Positions 45,966-55,049 of a stretch of 64,000 nt of DNA are shown in pieces. Made by a program: the position numbers and the translations under genes. Below the pieces are notes generated by a model. The model ran no database searches. It was given only the letters and a program-made list of their open reading frames with translations, and had not been told where the DNA came from. The first letter of the stretch is position 1. Every line of letters starts with the position of its first letter. Origin of the DNA: Escherichia phage SP27. The stretch is from sequence record LC494302.1; one strand, written 5' to 3'.

Positions 45966-47483
45966 ATGGATAATTTTTTCAGTACTGAAACTACCACAGT
46001 TCCTAATGGATATGTATATACGTCACATACTGGTGCAAAATATGTATTTCTTGAAGGATTCTGGTTCAATGACAATAATATGTTAATGGTAGACCCTAGA
46101 AAATACCCATCCATGTACGCAAGTGCTCGACAACAGATTGTCGAGCACAATCTAGCTTCAAATGAATATAAGATTGGTAACAAATATATTGTTGAAGGTA
46201 AAGAGTGTACATTTATTGGTGAAAACCGTTTCAATTCAAAAGATGGAATTCTATTAACTGAAAGTGAATTCATCACTGAATTAATGGCAGATGATCATCG
46301 AGTATATAATGTTTCTAAAGAAACACTACAAAAAGAATGGAATGCATTAAAATTTTACATTCTTCCACCATATGCTGATGATATATCAATTCCAGCAGGT
46401 ATGGAAGTAAGTGGTTTTAAATTTGTGCCAAAGAATCACCGTTTTGTTGATATGAAATCAGGACGAGCAGTTGATCCAGCAATGACCCGTAAACTATCAG
46501 ATGAAGGTATGCGTATTGCTCGTCAGTTAGCTTCTAAAAATAAACTAATTCCAATCAAATCAACCTTAGTTCAAGGCAATACACGTTGTGAGTGGAATGG
46601 TAAAGAATTTTGTGATAATGATGGTAATGTAGTAATTCCAGAACAAAATGCACATGCAATTATTAATGCATATCAGCAATTTGTTAAGAATAACCCAAGT
46701 GATTTTCCTACATTAACGGGTGAACAAGAACATAGTGAGCAACGTTTTGGTTCAGGTGAAAAGCCACATAAAGCTTCACACCCTGCTAAACAGCCAGTAT
46801 TTGCAACTAAAGAATCAATTAATGAAGCAGATGAAGAAATTGAAGAATTTGAAAGCATTACTGTTCCTGACGGTTATAGAATGACTTCTTCTAAAGGAAA
46901 AACATACGCTAAGAAAAATAACTTGTGGTATGATATCGAAAGTAAAAAGCAACTTAACACAAGTGCTTCTAAAAGTGTTGAACGAGCAGCACAGCGTGAT
47001 ATTTTCCGTCATAACAATTCCGGTGCTATGAAAATCGGTACAAAAGTTAAATCCAAACAAGGCAAAGAATATTCGTATGTTGGTGGTGACAGATTCATTA
47101 GTGCTGATGGTAAGTTTATACCAAAAGCAACTGCTGCTAAATTACTTGCCAAATATGAACAAGATAAAGAAGTTAAAAGTGATGAAACACCTGAAGTAGA
47201 CTCTGGTACTGAGCAAATTCAATCAAAAGAAGAACCTAAGAAAGAACCAGAATCTGAACAAAAACCAGACGAAGTTTCTGAACCAGAAACTAAATCTGAA
47301 ACAATTGCTGGTGATGATGTACAATCATTAGCTTCTAAAATTAAAGAGTCACCTTATGCTAAAAAAATCACAGTACTACTAACTCGTGGTGATGAGGTTT
47401 CTCTACTTGCTGCTGACATTTTACTTTCAGGTAAAAAGGATGAAACAGTGCAAATTTTAAAATCATTAAATAATAATGATTGA
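45966..47483 (+). CDS. hypothetical protein (505 aa) with an internal domain duplication
   Basis: Two copies of a module beginning VP[N/D]GY..TS..G..Y and containing IG.K...G.E...G..RF.S.DG; Lys/Glu-rich linker. Confidence 0.5.
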   Translation: MDNFFSTETTTVPNGYVYTSHTGAKYVFLEGFWFNDNNMLMVDPRKYPSMYASARQQIVEHNLASNEYKIGNKYIVEGKECTFIGENRFNSKDGILLTESEFITELMADDHRVYNVSKETLQKEWNALKFYILPPYADDISIPAGMEVSGFKFVPKNHRFVDMKSGRAVDPAMTRKLSDEGMRIARQLASKNKLIPIKSTLVQGNTRCEWNGKEFCDNDGNVVIPEQNAHAIINAYQQFVKNNPSDFPTLTGEQEHSEQRFGSGEKPHKASHPAKQPVFATKESINEADEEIEEFESITVPDGYRMTSSKGKTYAKKNNLWYDIESKKQLNTSASKSVERAAQRDIFRHNNSGAMKIGTKVKSKQGKEYSYVGGDRFISADGKFIPKATAAKLLAKYEQDKEVKSDETPEVDSGTEQIQSKEEPKKEPESEQKPDEVSEPETKSETIAGDDVQSLASKIKESPYAKKITVLLTRGDEVSLLAADILLSGKKDETVQILKSLNNND

Positions 47484-47505
47484 TAACTAAAAGGATTTAT
47501 TTAAA

Positions 47506-48486
47506 ATGGCTAAAAAAATTAATGAAGCACAAGTTAAAATCGATATCGCAGGTTTAGAATCTGATGATTTGGAAACTCTATCACGTATGTTAGCTCTTGC
47601 TGGTCAAGCTGAACGTCAAGACCCAGTAGTTGCCGCTCCAGTACCATCTATGGGGTCTATGACTCCATCTCTTCCACCTATTGCTCCACTAGATCTCGAT
47701 TCTATTGGTGCTGAAGAAGAAATTGGTGGAATTGAAACTTCAGTTGAAGACCCACTAGCAGCGGCAGTTGATGATCTTTCCGCTGATGTTGGTGATTTTG
47801 GTGCTGACACAGATGAAGTTAGTATGGATGCTGAATTTTCAGAACCAGGTGTAGAAGGTGAAGAAGATTTTTCTCTTGACCTTAGTGGTCAACCTCAACT
47901 AGAATCAGTTGAAGAAGACGATGAGGAAGAAGAAGAAATTATTGAAGAAGAATTCGATTTTAGTCGTATGCTATCTCTTGCTGGTATTAACGAAGAAGAA
48001 GACGAAGATTTTTCAGTAGAGGGTAATCCTGCTACCGATAAAGAAATGAAAGATACCCAATTTCTACCAGATCTAAGTATCTCTGAAGATGAAGAACCAT
48101 CTAACAGTACTGATTATGGTCCATATGATACAGAAGCTGATGCCGTTCGTGATGGTCAACTAAAGACTAATGGTGTTGAAGGTGACCATTTTGTTGTAAT
48201 TGCAAAAGGCAATCAATTTTATTGGAGACGTGTTGTAGATGAAGATCTTGACAATCGTCCAGAACCTGAGTATTATGATAATGAAGGGAACGAAAATCGT
48301 GTTCATAAATTTGAACCAAAATTCCCAGGCACTGCATTAGGAGATAACCCACTAAATGTTAATGAAAGTGAAGAAGATGATTCACCTGAAGGTAACATTG
48401 ACTTGGAAGATGATTCTGATGAAGAAGTAGAAGATATTTTTGAAAGTCTCCAAGAAAAATACAAGAAATTTTTAGGAGACAAATAA
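47506..48486 (+). CDS. highly acidic protein (326 aa)
   Basis: Asp/Glu runs (EEDDEEEEEIIEEEFDF) and a duplicated LSRMLALAG / FSRMLSLAG motif. Confidence 0.5.
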   Translation: MAKKINEAQVKIDIAGLESDDLETLSRMLALAGQAERQDPVVAAPVPSMGSMTPSLPPIAPLDLDSIGAEEEIGGIETSVEDPLAAAVDDLSADVGDFGADTDEVSMDAEFSEPGVEGEEDFSLDLSGQPQLESVEEDDEEEEEIIEEEFDFSRMLSLAGINEEEDEDFSVEGNPATDKEMKDTQFLPDLSISEDEEPSNSTDYGPYDTEADAVRDGQLKTNGVEGDHFVVIAKGNQFYWRRVVDEDLDNRPEPEYYDNEGNENRVHKFEPKFPGTALGDNPLNVNESEEDDSPEGNIDLEDDSDEEVEDIFESLQEKYKKFLGDK

Positions 48487-48487
48487 T

Positions 48488-48883
48488 ATGCAATATAATT
48501 ATCGTGAACTAGTTGAAGCGTTAGACGAAATTACCGGAAGAGATGAAGACGAAAGTTTTTCAGTTGAAGTTGAATCCGATGTTGTAGCAGTTGATGTTCT
48601 TAAGGATATTACCAAATGTCTTATTGATATTGTTGATAAGATTAAATCTGGTGAAGACCAAAAAGAAATTGTAGATAAACTACAAAAAGCCTGTGACATT
48701 TTGTCTGACATTCGATATAATGATGAAAGTACTGAAGTTGCTGATGAAGAAGTGTTGGAAGCCATTGCAGGTTGTTTTGGAACTGAAGGTATGGGACCAA
48801 CAATTGACAAAGAAGGCGTACAACACTATAATGAGCCTGGTGCACCATCATATGCTGCACGTCAAGGTTTTGTTGGAGACTAA
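48488..48883 (+). CDS. hypothetical acidic protein (131 aa)
   Basis: ATGA-coupled to the upstream gene. Confidence 0.45.
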   Translation: MQYNYRELVEALDEITGRDEDESFSVEVESDVVAVDVLKDITKCLIDIVDKIKSGEDQKEIVDKLQKACDILSDIRYNDESTEVADEEVLEAIAGCFGTEGMGPTIDKEGVQHYNEPGAPSYAARQGFVGD

Positions 48884-48886
48884 TAT

Positions 48887-49267
48887 ATGTTTCCAGAACC
48901 ATCACATAACAGTACTGAATATCAAAATAATGTACTTTCCAAAGTTAGGGAAGTACATGAATCAGATTCAGAAATAACAGACCGTATGCTTCTGATGTCA
49001 ATTTTTGAAAATTTCAGAACTGGCGGTGGTTTACGTCTTAGCAAGTTTGGGTATGGAATTTGTAAAGAAAATAATCTTTATGAATTTACAAAAATCCCCT
49101 TGCAAAGAGAATTTAAAAGTTCTATAATGTTTACATCACTTGACAGAATATGTACTTCACCTTATTATGTTGAAGGTCAGTACATATATCTGACAGATGC
49201 AATGATAATAACTGAATTAACATTGTGTTGTGACGATTTTAAACAGTTATTTTCTATTCATATGTAA
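48887..49267 (+). CDS. hypothetical protein (126 aa)
   Basis: ORF ending just before the tandem-promoter region. Confidence 0.4.
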   Translation: MFPEPSHNSTEYQNNVLSKVREVHESDSEITDRMLLMSIFENFRTGGGLRLSKFGYGICKENNLYEFTKIPLQREFKSSIMFTSLDRICTSPYYVEGQYIYLTDAMIITELTLCCDDFKQLFSIHM

Positions 49268-49291
49268 GAAAAAATGAATTAAAAATAAATG

Positions 49292-49319
49292 TTGACAAGA
49301 TAGAATGATGTGATACAAT
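49292..49319 (+). promoter_or_regulatory. sigma70-like promoter P1 (TTGACA-16-TACAAT)
   Basis: A-rich upstream tract, TTGACA at 49292 and TACAAT at 49314. Confidence 0.45.
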
Positions 49320-49386
49320 AAGCATCAGACATAAAGTTTTCAAGCGACACAAGATGTGAGTTTGAAAAAAAAAAGAAAAAAAGTGA

Positions 49387-49414
49387 TTGACAAGTTGAAA
49401 CGATGTGATATAAT
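49387..49414 (+). promoter_or_regulatory. sigma70-like promoter P2 (TTGACA-16-TATAAT with A-tract UP element)
   Basis: Consensus -35 and -10 hexamers inside repeat copy 1. Confidence 0.5.
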
Positions 49415-49480
49415 GTTCACATCAAGACAGCAAAGAGATTTACCTTTTAAACACACGGAAAAAAAAAAGAAAAAAAGTGA

Positions 49481-49508
49481 TTGACAAGTTGAAACGATGT
49501 GATATAAT
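49481..49508 (+). promoter_or_regulatory. sigma70-like promoter P3 (TTGACA-16-TATAAT with A-tract UP element)
   Basis: Identical to P2, inside repeat copy 2. Confidence 0.5.
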
Positions 49509-49572
49509 GTTCACATCAAGACAGCAAAGAGATTTACCTTTTAAACACACGGATGATTCATGAAGTAACAAA

Positions 49573-49636
49573 GGAACTGATAAGTTAAATTATTTTAACA
49601 CAGTTCCTTTACTTTTGCCCACGGATTGGCTATAAT
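49573..49636 (+). promoter_or_regulatory. leader hairpin with T-rich tail, then a weaker promoter (TTTACT-17-TATAAT)
   Basis: ggaactg ... cagttcc stem followed by TTTACTTTT; TATAAT at 49631, about 40 nt upstream of the AAA+ gene start. Confidence 0.3.
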
Positions 49637-49677
49637 AGAAACTTAAACGATTTTATCCAACAAAAGGAAATATATAC

Positions 49678-51003
49678 ATGACTACTCAAAACGATATCCT
49701 GAACGTTAAACTGACTCCAAAGAAAGCTAAAGAAGCAATGGCACTAGCTGACATGATTCAAGATAGCCTGATGATTTGGGGTAGCCCAGGTATCGGTAAG
49801 TCTGCAATCGCTCGTCAATACGCTGATGAAAATTACCCACTGCGTAAAGATAACGTAGCTAAAATCGAGTTCATGAAACAACAAATCGAAGCTGACCCTG
49901 AAAATGCTGATCAGCTACGCCGTGAACTGGCTGCATTTGAAGCAAAACTAATCGACCAAGATACTAACTTTATCGATTTCCGTTTGTCTCAAATCGAACC
50001 AAGTGACCTTCGCGGTATTCCAGTACCAGAGAAGCTTTTCCGTAAAACTGACGGTTCTCTTCTGAAAGAATCTGAGCTTGCCGAAGCAAAAGATTATGTA
50101 GCTGAAACTGCGGTAGTATGGGCTGCACCTAAAGTTCTGAAATTGTCCGAAGATTGGAAAGGTGTTATTCTGTTTGACGAAATTAACTCTGCAATGCCTA
50201 TTGTTCAGGCAGCGTCTTATCAGCTAATCCTCGACCGTTGTGTTGGTGAGATGAAGCTACCTAAGACTGCACTGATTCTTGCAGCAGGTAACCGTGAAAC
50301 TGATGGCGGTGTAACTTTCTCTCTTGCTACACCACTGCGTGACCGTATGACTCACATTGAGATGATTCCTTATCATCAAGATTGGATTAACGATTATGCG
50401 ATTGCAAAACGTTTGAACCCAGCAACTGTTGCGTTCATCAACAACACTGGTTCTAAGTACTTTAACACACTTAGTCCACAAGATCCTTCTCACAGTGGTG
50501 GTACTTCTCCACGTTCATGGGAAGCAGTAGCACGCTACGAAGATCTCAAGAAAACTAAGACAATTGATAAAGAAGTGTTCCGTGCAATGATTGCTGGTCG
50601 TGTTGGTGAAGGTGTTGCAACTGAATACATTGAGTACGTTGAGAACGTTGCTAAACTACCAGATACTATGTCTATTCTGTCTGGTGAAATCAAAGAAATC
50701 GACGCAACGCTGGATATTTCTGCGAACTACTTTATCACTCTGAACTTGGTTTATAAAATTATCGACCTGTTCAATGAGAAGCAAGAACAACGTCTACCAG
50801 TGGAAGAATGGGGTAAACTGTGTAACAACTTCATCACCTTCCTAGACCATAACTTCTCTGCAACTCAAGCAGAACTGGCAGTACTGGCAATTCGTACCAT
50901 CACGCTTCATAAGGTTGCGATTTCCATTAAAGATGTACCAGCGTTTAAAGATTTCATCGCTAAGTACTCTGAACTTGTACGTAAAGCACGCTCTCTTGGC
51001 TAA
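49678..51003 (+). CDS. MoxR-type AAA+ ATPase (AAA_5-like; CbbQ/NorQ/CobS-related)
   Basis: Walker A GSPGIGKSAIA, Walker B VILFDEINSA, MoxR-like sensor region AAGNRETDGG...LRDRM; codon usage (CTG, CGT, ATC) is distinctly higher-GC than surrounding genes. Confidence 0.75.
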   Translation: MTTQNDILNVKLTPKKAKEAMALADMIQDSLMIWGSPGIGKSAIARQYADENYPLRKDNVAKIEFMKQQIEADPENADQLRRELAAFEAKLIDQDTNFIDFRLSQIEPSDLRGIPVPEKLFRKTDGSLLKESELAEAKDYVAETAVVWAAPKVLKLSEDWKGVILFDEINSAMPIVQAASYQLILDRCVGEMKLPKTALILAAGNRETDGGVTFSLATPLRDRMTHIEMIPYHQDWINDYAIAKRLNPATVAFINNTGSKYFNTLSPQDPSHSGGTSPRSWEAVARYEDLKKTKTIDKEVFRAMIAGRVGEGVATEYIEYVENVAKLPDTMSILSGEIKEIDATLDISANYFITLNLVYKIIDLFNEKQEQRLPVEEWGKLCNNFITFLDHNFSATQAELAVLAIRTITLHKVAISIKDVPAFKDFIAKYSELVRKARSLG

Positions 51004-51024
51004 TTAACAAAGAGTTGTTGACAA

Positions 51025-51057
51025 GAAGGATGCCTAATGGTATCCTTCTTTTATCTT
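51025..51057 (+). terminator. rho-independent terminator
   Basis: gaaggatgcc-taat-ggtatccttc hairpin followed by TTTTATCTT. Confidence 0.5.
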
Positions 51058-51077
51058 AACTAAACGAGGAAATATAC

Positions 51078-52502
51078 ATGTCAGATAACAAATCTACTTC
51101 CAGATTCAATGAAGTATCTCCGGCACTCCAGAAAGAATGTCAAGATCGTCTGGTTCTGGCTCGTACATCTTTGATGTTAACTGCACCATTCTTTGGTGTA
51201 CTCGCTTCACGTTTACGTCCAGTTCCTAATAATACATGGTGTCGTACTCTAGCAGTTGATGGTAAACATCTATTCTACAACGTAGAATTTGTAATGGGTA
51301 TTCAAGACCCATCTAAAAAGAAAGAATATGAAGAAGCTATTCGTGAAAAGCATCCTGAAGTTACAGACGAACAATTAAAAGAAATGACTGAAGGTTTGAC
51401 TGATGAAAACCTTATTGCTGTAATTTGTCATGAAATTCTACACTGTGCTTACGATCACTTCCTTCGTCGTGGTATGCGTGATCCACAACGTTATAACCGT
51501 GCAGCGGATTATGCCATTAACCAAATCATCGTTCGTGAGAAAATTGGAAAAATCCAAAGTTCATGGTTGTATGATAAAAAATATGAAGGTATGACCGCAG
51601 AAGAGATTTACATTCTTCTTGAAGAAGAAGAACAAAAAGAAGATGGTGAAGGTGAAGGTCAACCACAAAGTGGCGGCGGTGAAGGTGAAGGTAAAAATCG
51701 CGGTACTTTTGGTGATATTAAAGATGGTAAGGGTAAACCAAAAGGTACTACCATTGACCAGCATGACGTTCCACAAGAAGGTCAAGAAGGTGGTTCAAGT
51801 GAACAGCAAAAACGTGATTATATGGATGATTTCAAAACAGCAATGATGAATGCTGCACGTGCAGGTGGTACACCAGCAGAAATCGCTCGTATGATTAACA
51901 ACTTTAAAGAACCAAAGATTGACTGGCGTTCAAAACTTCAACGTACACTTCGTAGTTGGTTGAAGTCTGATGCAACGTATCAAAGTCCTTCTCGTCGTTC
52001 ATGGGGTGCTGGTTTTGGTTCTAATGGTTCATTCTATGGTAATCCAATTTACCCAGGGATGAAACCAGATGATGATATTGATATTGCGATTGCACTAGAT
52101 GCTTCTGGGTCTATTTCTGAAGATATGCTTCGTGATTTCATTAGTGAAGTTCTTGGCATCACTAAACAATTCAAACAGTTTAAGATTCGTATCATGACTT
52201 TTGATACTGAAGTTTATACTGTAAAGGATTACAAAACTGGCGAAGAACGTAAGATTCTGGAATATCCAGTAAAAGGTGGTGGTGGTACTGACTTTGAAGC
52301 AGTATGGGTTCATATGAAGAACGACAACTACAAGCCTAAACAGCTTGTAATGTTTACTGATGGTGAACCGTGGCAGTCATGGGGTGATCCAAACTACTGT
52401 AAAACACTGTTCGTGATTCACAGTAACCCAAATAAAGTTGCACCATTTGGTGAGACTGTACACTACGAATATGAAGCTGATAAAAAGCGTCAACGTAGTT
52501 AA
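51078..52502 (+). CDS. vWA-domain protein with N-terminal HExxH putative metallopeptidase domain (MoxR partner)
   Basis: HEILH (VICHEILHCAYDH) in the N-terminal half; Gly/Glu low-complexity linker; C-terminal vWA MIDAS motif DASGS (IALDASGSISEDM) followed by alternating hydrophobic strands. Confidence 0.7.
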   Translation: MSDNKSTSRFNEVSPALQKECQDRLVLARTSLMLTAPFFGVLASRLRPVPNNTWCRTLAVDGKHLFYNVEFVMGIQDPSKKKEYEEAIREKHPEVTDEQLKEMTEGLTDENLIAVICHEILHCAYDHFLRRGMRDPQRYNRAADYAINQIIVREKIGKIQSSWLYDKKYEGMTAEEIYILLEEEEQKEDGEGEGQPQSGGGEGEGKNRGTFGDIKDGKGKPKGTTIDQHDVPQEGQEGGSSEQQKRDYMDDFKTAMMNAARAGGTPAEIARMINNFKEPKIDWRSKLQRTLRSWLKSDATYQSPSRRSWGAGFGSNGSFYGNPIYPGMKPDDDIDIAIALDASGSISEDMLRDFISEVLGITKQFKQFKIRIMTFDTEVYTVKDYKTGEERKILEYPVKGGGGTDFEAVWVHMKNDNYKPKQLVMFTDGEPWQSWGDPNYCKTLFVIHSNPNKVAPFGETVHYEYEADKKRQRS

Positions 52503-52513
52503 GTACTAAATAA

Positions 52514-52543
52514 AGAGAACGGAATTTTCCGTTCTCTTCTTTT
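52514..52543 (+). terminator. rho-independent terminator
   Basis: agagaacgg-aatttt-ccgttctct hairpin followed by TCTTTT. Confidence 0.55.
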
Positions 52544-52596
52544 ATAAGTGGGACAACTTATAAAAATATGATATAATAGTTAATGTACCAATATAC

Positions 52597-52857
52597 ATGG
52601 AGAGTATTAAAATGGAACAAGAAAATAATCAAATTCAACTAACCCTTCTAGACCTAATCAATGCTGCAAAAATCATGGAAGCTGCTGTTGCACGAAACAC
52701 CTTTAAAGTTGAAGAACTTGTTGAGGTTGCTCCAGTTGTATCTAAATTTGTTTCTTTTGCAAATGTAGCTCTTGAAGATATTAAAGCACAAGAAGATGCA
52801 GCTAAAGAAGAAGCTGAATCACAAGATAGTGAAACTCAAGAAGATAAAGGAGAATAA
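52597..52857 (+). CDS. hypothetical acidic protein (86 aa)
   Basis: ORF with GGAG RBS. Confidence 0.4.
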   Translation: MESIKMEQENNQIQLTLLDLINAAKIMEAAVARNTFKVEELVEVAPVVSKFVSFANVALEDIKAQEDAAKEEAESQDSETQEDKGE

Positions 52858-52859
52858 TT

Positions 52860-53516
52860 ATGGCAGCTATTCGTCATGTTGGTGTAATGCGTAATACAGG
52901 TTCTCGTGTTTTTGTTGTTTGGCGTTCACTACCAGATGATCCTGAACACTGCCTTATCGTTTATCGTGATTCACTACCAGAAGCATATGTTCACGCAGTA
53001 ACTGATATTGTTATGGGTCATGGTCAATCTAATATTGATTTGTGGGAAGTAATGCATAAAATTGGTTATCTCGATGGACGCAAAATGCTAGATGTTCTAC
53101 ACAACATGCAGCATCTACGTCGCGTTCGTACTTGTGACATTGATATGCACACTGGTGGTAATAATAAAATTTCTCTTGATGTTCTAAACAAAGCATTAGA
53201 TGAAAATCAAGCGAAAGTACAAGAAGATGGTAAAGTAAAAGACTTTAACCCATTCAATCCACAAGAAGCGGACACTAAAGTAGAAGAAGCTACTATTGTA
53301 GAACAACTTCTCACTGATGCACAAAAATATGAAAAACTGGCTAAAGAACATTATGAACGTGCATACAATTTAGAGCCAAGCTTGCGTCCGCAAACACAAG
53401 TTGTTGAACAACCGAAAGATAGTAAAACAATTTATCTAGAAATTCCAGAAGGTATTTCACAGACTAAAGCTATTGAGAAAGTAAAACAACTATTTGCAGA
53501 ACGTAAAGCAAAATAA
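52860..53516 (+). CDS. hypothetical protein (218 aa)
   Basis: ORF coupled to the upstream gene; no motif recognised. Confidence 0.45.
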   Translation: MAAIRHVGVMRNTGSRVFVVWRSLPDDPEHCLIVYRDSLPEAYVHAVTDIVMGHGQSNIDLWEVMHKIGYLDGRKMLDVLHNMQHLRRVRTCDIDMHTGGNNKISLDVLNKALDENQAKVQEDGKVKDFNPFNPQEADTKVEEATIVEQLLTDAQKYEKLAKEHYERAYNLEPSLRPQTQVVEQPKDSKTIYLEIPEGISQTKAIEKVKQLFAERKAK

Positions 53517-53519
53517 AAT

Positions 53520-54113
53520 ATGAAAAAGAATGAATTAGATGAAGCAATTAAAGGTTTATCTAATGTATGTTTTAGTGGCGGGGCAGCAGGTGCTGACCGC
53601 CTTTTTTCTATCTATGCAAAAAATAATGGATTTGAAGTTATTAATTTTTCATTCAAAGGTCATGAGCATAGTGTAGATGAAAGTACTATATTAGAAATAC
53701 CATCCAATATTCTATCTGATATTTCTATATTAAATCAACTAAACATTGCATGTTACTCGTTGCAGCGAAAAGTACCAAAACCTGGTTCTTATGTTTACAA
53801 CTTACTTGCAAGGAATAGTTATCAGATACTTAATACAGAAAGAATATATTGTATTGCAAATATCACATCACCAACTAAGGTAAGTGGTGGTACTGCATGG
53901 GCAGTACAGATGTATATGGATTCAGTTGAAAATCCTGAAATTTATTGTTATGATATGAATTCACGTTCAGTATTTTATTTCGATACAGTACTGAAAGAGT
54001 TCACACAAACATTCGTCGTTCCAGCACCACATGGTAACTGGACTGGTATTGGTTCACGCAATGCCACCGAAAAACATATGGAACATTTTATTACATTTTT
54101 CAAGGAAGAATAA
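53520..54113 (+). CDS. hypothetical Rossmann-like protein with GGAAGAD motif (SLOG/DprA/YpsA-like; speculative)
   Basis: VCFSGGAAGADRLF near the N-terminus resembles the GGxxGxD loop of SLOG-superfamily folds; lies where T4 carries frd but has no DHFR motifs. Confidence 0.45.
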   Translation: MKKNELDEAIKGLSNVCFSGGAAGADRLFSIYAKNNGFEVINFSFKGHEHSVDESTILEIPSNILSDISILNQLNIACYSLQRKVPKPGSYVYNLLARNSYQILNTERIYCIANITSPTKVSGGTAWAVQMYMDSVENPEIYCYDMNSRSVFYFDTVLKEFTQTFVVPAPHGNWTGIGSRNATEKHMEHFITFFKEE

Positions 54114-55042
54114 TGAAACAACTACAAGAACTATATCAAAAAATTCTAGATGAAGGCGTAGAAAGCGTTGACCGTACTGGTGTTGGAACAATCAAACTTA
54201 TCGGTCAACAAATGCGTTTTGACCTTAAAGATGGTTTCCCAGCAGTGACGACAAAACGTCTAGCTTGGAAAGCAATGACTTCAGAATTACTATGGTTTAT
54301 TGAAGGTTCCCATGATGAGCGTCGCCTTTGTGAAATTTTGCATGGAACTCGTGATACAGAAAAGAAAACTATTTGGACAGATAATTACCTAAATCAAGGC
54401 GTTGCTCTTGGTTATACTGATGGTGAGTTAGGTCCAGTGTATGGTAAGCAATGGCGTGAATGGGAAGATTATAAATTTAGTTCCAGTACTGAAGAAATTC
54501 AAGAATTAAAAGATAAAGGATACAAAGTTATCGATTATACTGGTTCACATGGTGTTGTTATGAAACGTACAACTGACCAATTACAAGAACTAATCAAAGG
54601 TATAAAGTCCGATCCATATGGCCGTCGCCACATTCTAAGTGCATGGAACGTTGGTGAGCTTGATGATATGACGTTACCACCTTGTCATAGCTTTGTGCAA
54701 TTTTGTGTAGTGCAAGGAAAACTAAGCTGTATTCTGCATCAACGCTCCGCTGATCTATTTTTAGGAGTTCCATTTAATATCAGTAGTTACTCACTACTAA
54801 CTCATATGATTGCACAAATTACTGGTTTAGATGTTGGTGAATTTATTTGGAATGGTGGTGATTGTCACATTTATAAAAACCACGTTGAACAAGTAAAAGA
54901 GCAACTACAGCGAAAACCTCGTGAATTACCTGAATTGTGGCTTGATCCTACAATTACTAATATTGAAGATTTCACTATGGATTCTTTTAAATTAGTGAAT
55001 TACAACCCAATGCCAACAATTAAAGCACCTATGGCTGTATAA
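54113..55042 (+). CDS. thyA: thymidylate synthase (ThyA)
   Basis: Catalytic LPPCH, QRSADLFLGVPFNISSYSLLTHMIAQ, GDCHIYKNH and C-terminal ...PMAV all match ThyA; no intron interruption. Confidence 0.9.
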   Translation: MKQLQELYQKILDEGVESVDRTGVGTIKLIGQQMRFDLKDGFPAVTTKRLAWKAMTSELLWFIEGSHDERRLCEILHGTRDTEKKTIWTDNYLNQGVALGYTDGELGPVYGKQWREWEDYKFSSSTEEIQELKDKGYKVIDYTGSHGVVMKRTTDQLQELIKGIKSDPYGRRHILSAWNVGELDDMTLPPCHSFVQFCVVQGKLSCILHQRSADLFLGVPFNISSYSLLTHMIAQITGLDVGEFIWNGGDCHIYKNHVEQVKEQLQRKPRELPELWLDPTITNIEDFTMDSFKLVNYNPMPTIKAPMAV

Positions 55043-55049
55043 ACGAAAA

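Larger units (their letters stand above)
49365..49553 (+). repeat. perfect tandem direct repeat, 2 x about 94 bp, each copy a near-consensus promoter
   Basis: The string aaaaaaaaagaaaaaaagtgattgacaagttgaaacgatgtgatataatgttcacatcaagacagcaaagagatttaccttttaaacacacgga occurs twice back to back. Confidence 0.8.

Noticed and set aside
45966-47483. Portal protein (T4 gp20-like, similar length) downstream of the tube genes.
   Set aside because: No resemblance to the recalled gp20 sequence, and the protein is an internal duplication with a low-complexity Lys/Glu tail.
51561-51846. ORFs on both strands (51561-51785 minus, 51619-51846 plus) rich in Lys/Val/Phe.
   Set aside because: They overlap the low-complexity Gly/Glu/Lys linker of the vWA gene and are frame artefacts of that repetitive sequence.
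53520-54113. Dihydrofolate reductase (frd) upstream of thymidylate synthase, by synteny with T4.
   Set aside because: The protein lacks DHFR hallmarks (no GRKT[WF]ES-like or N-terminal I.A...IG...PW motifs) and instead has a GGAAGAD Rossmann-like loop.
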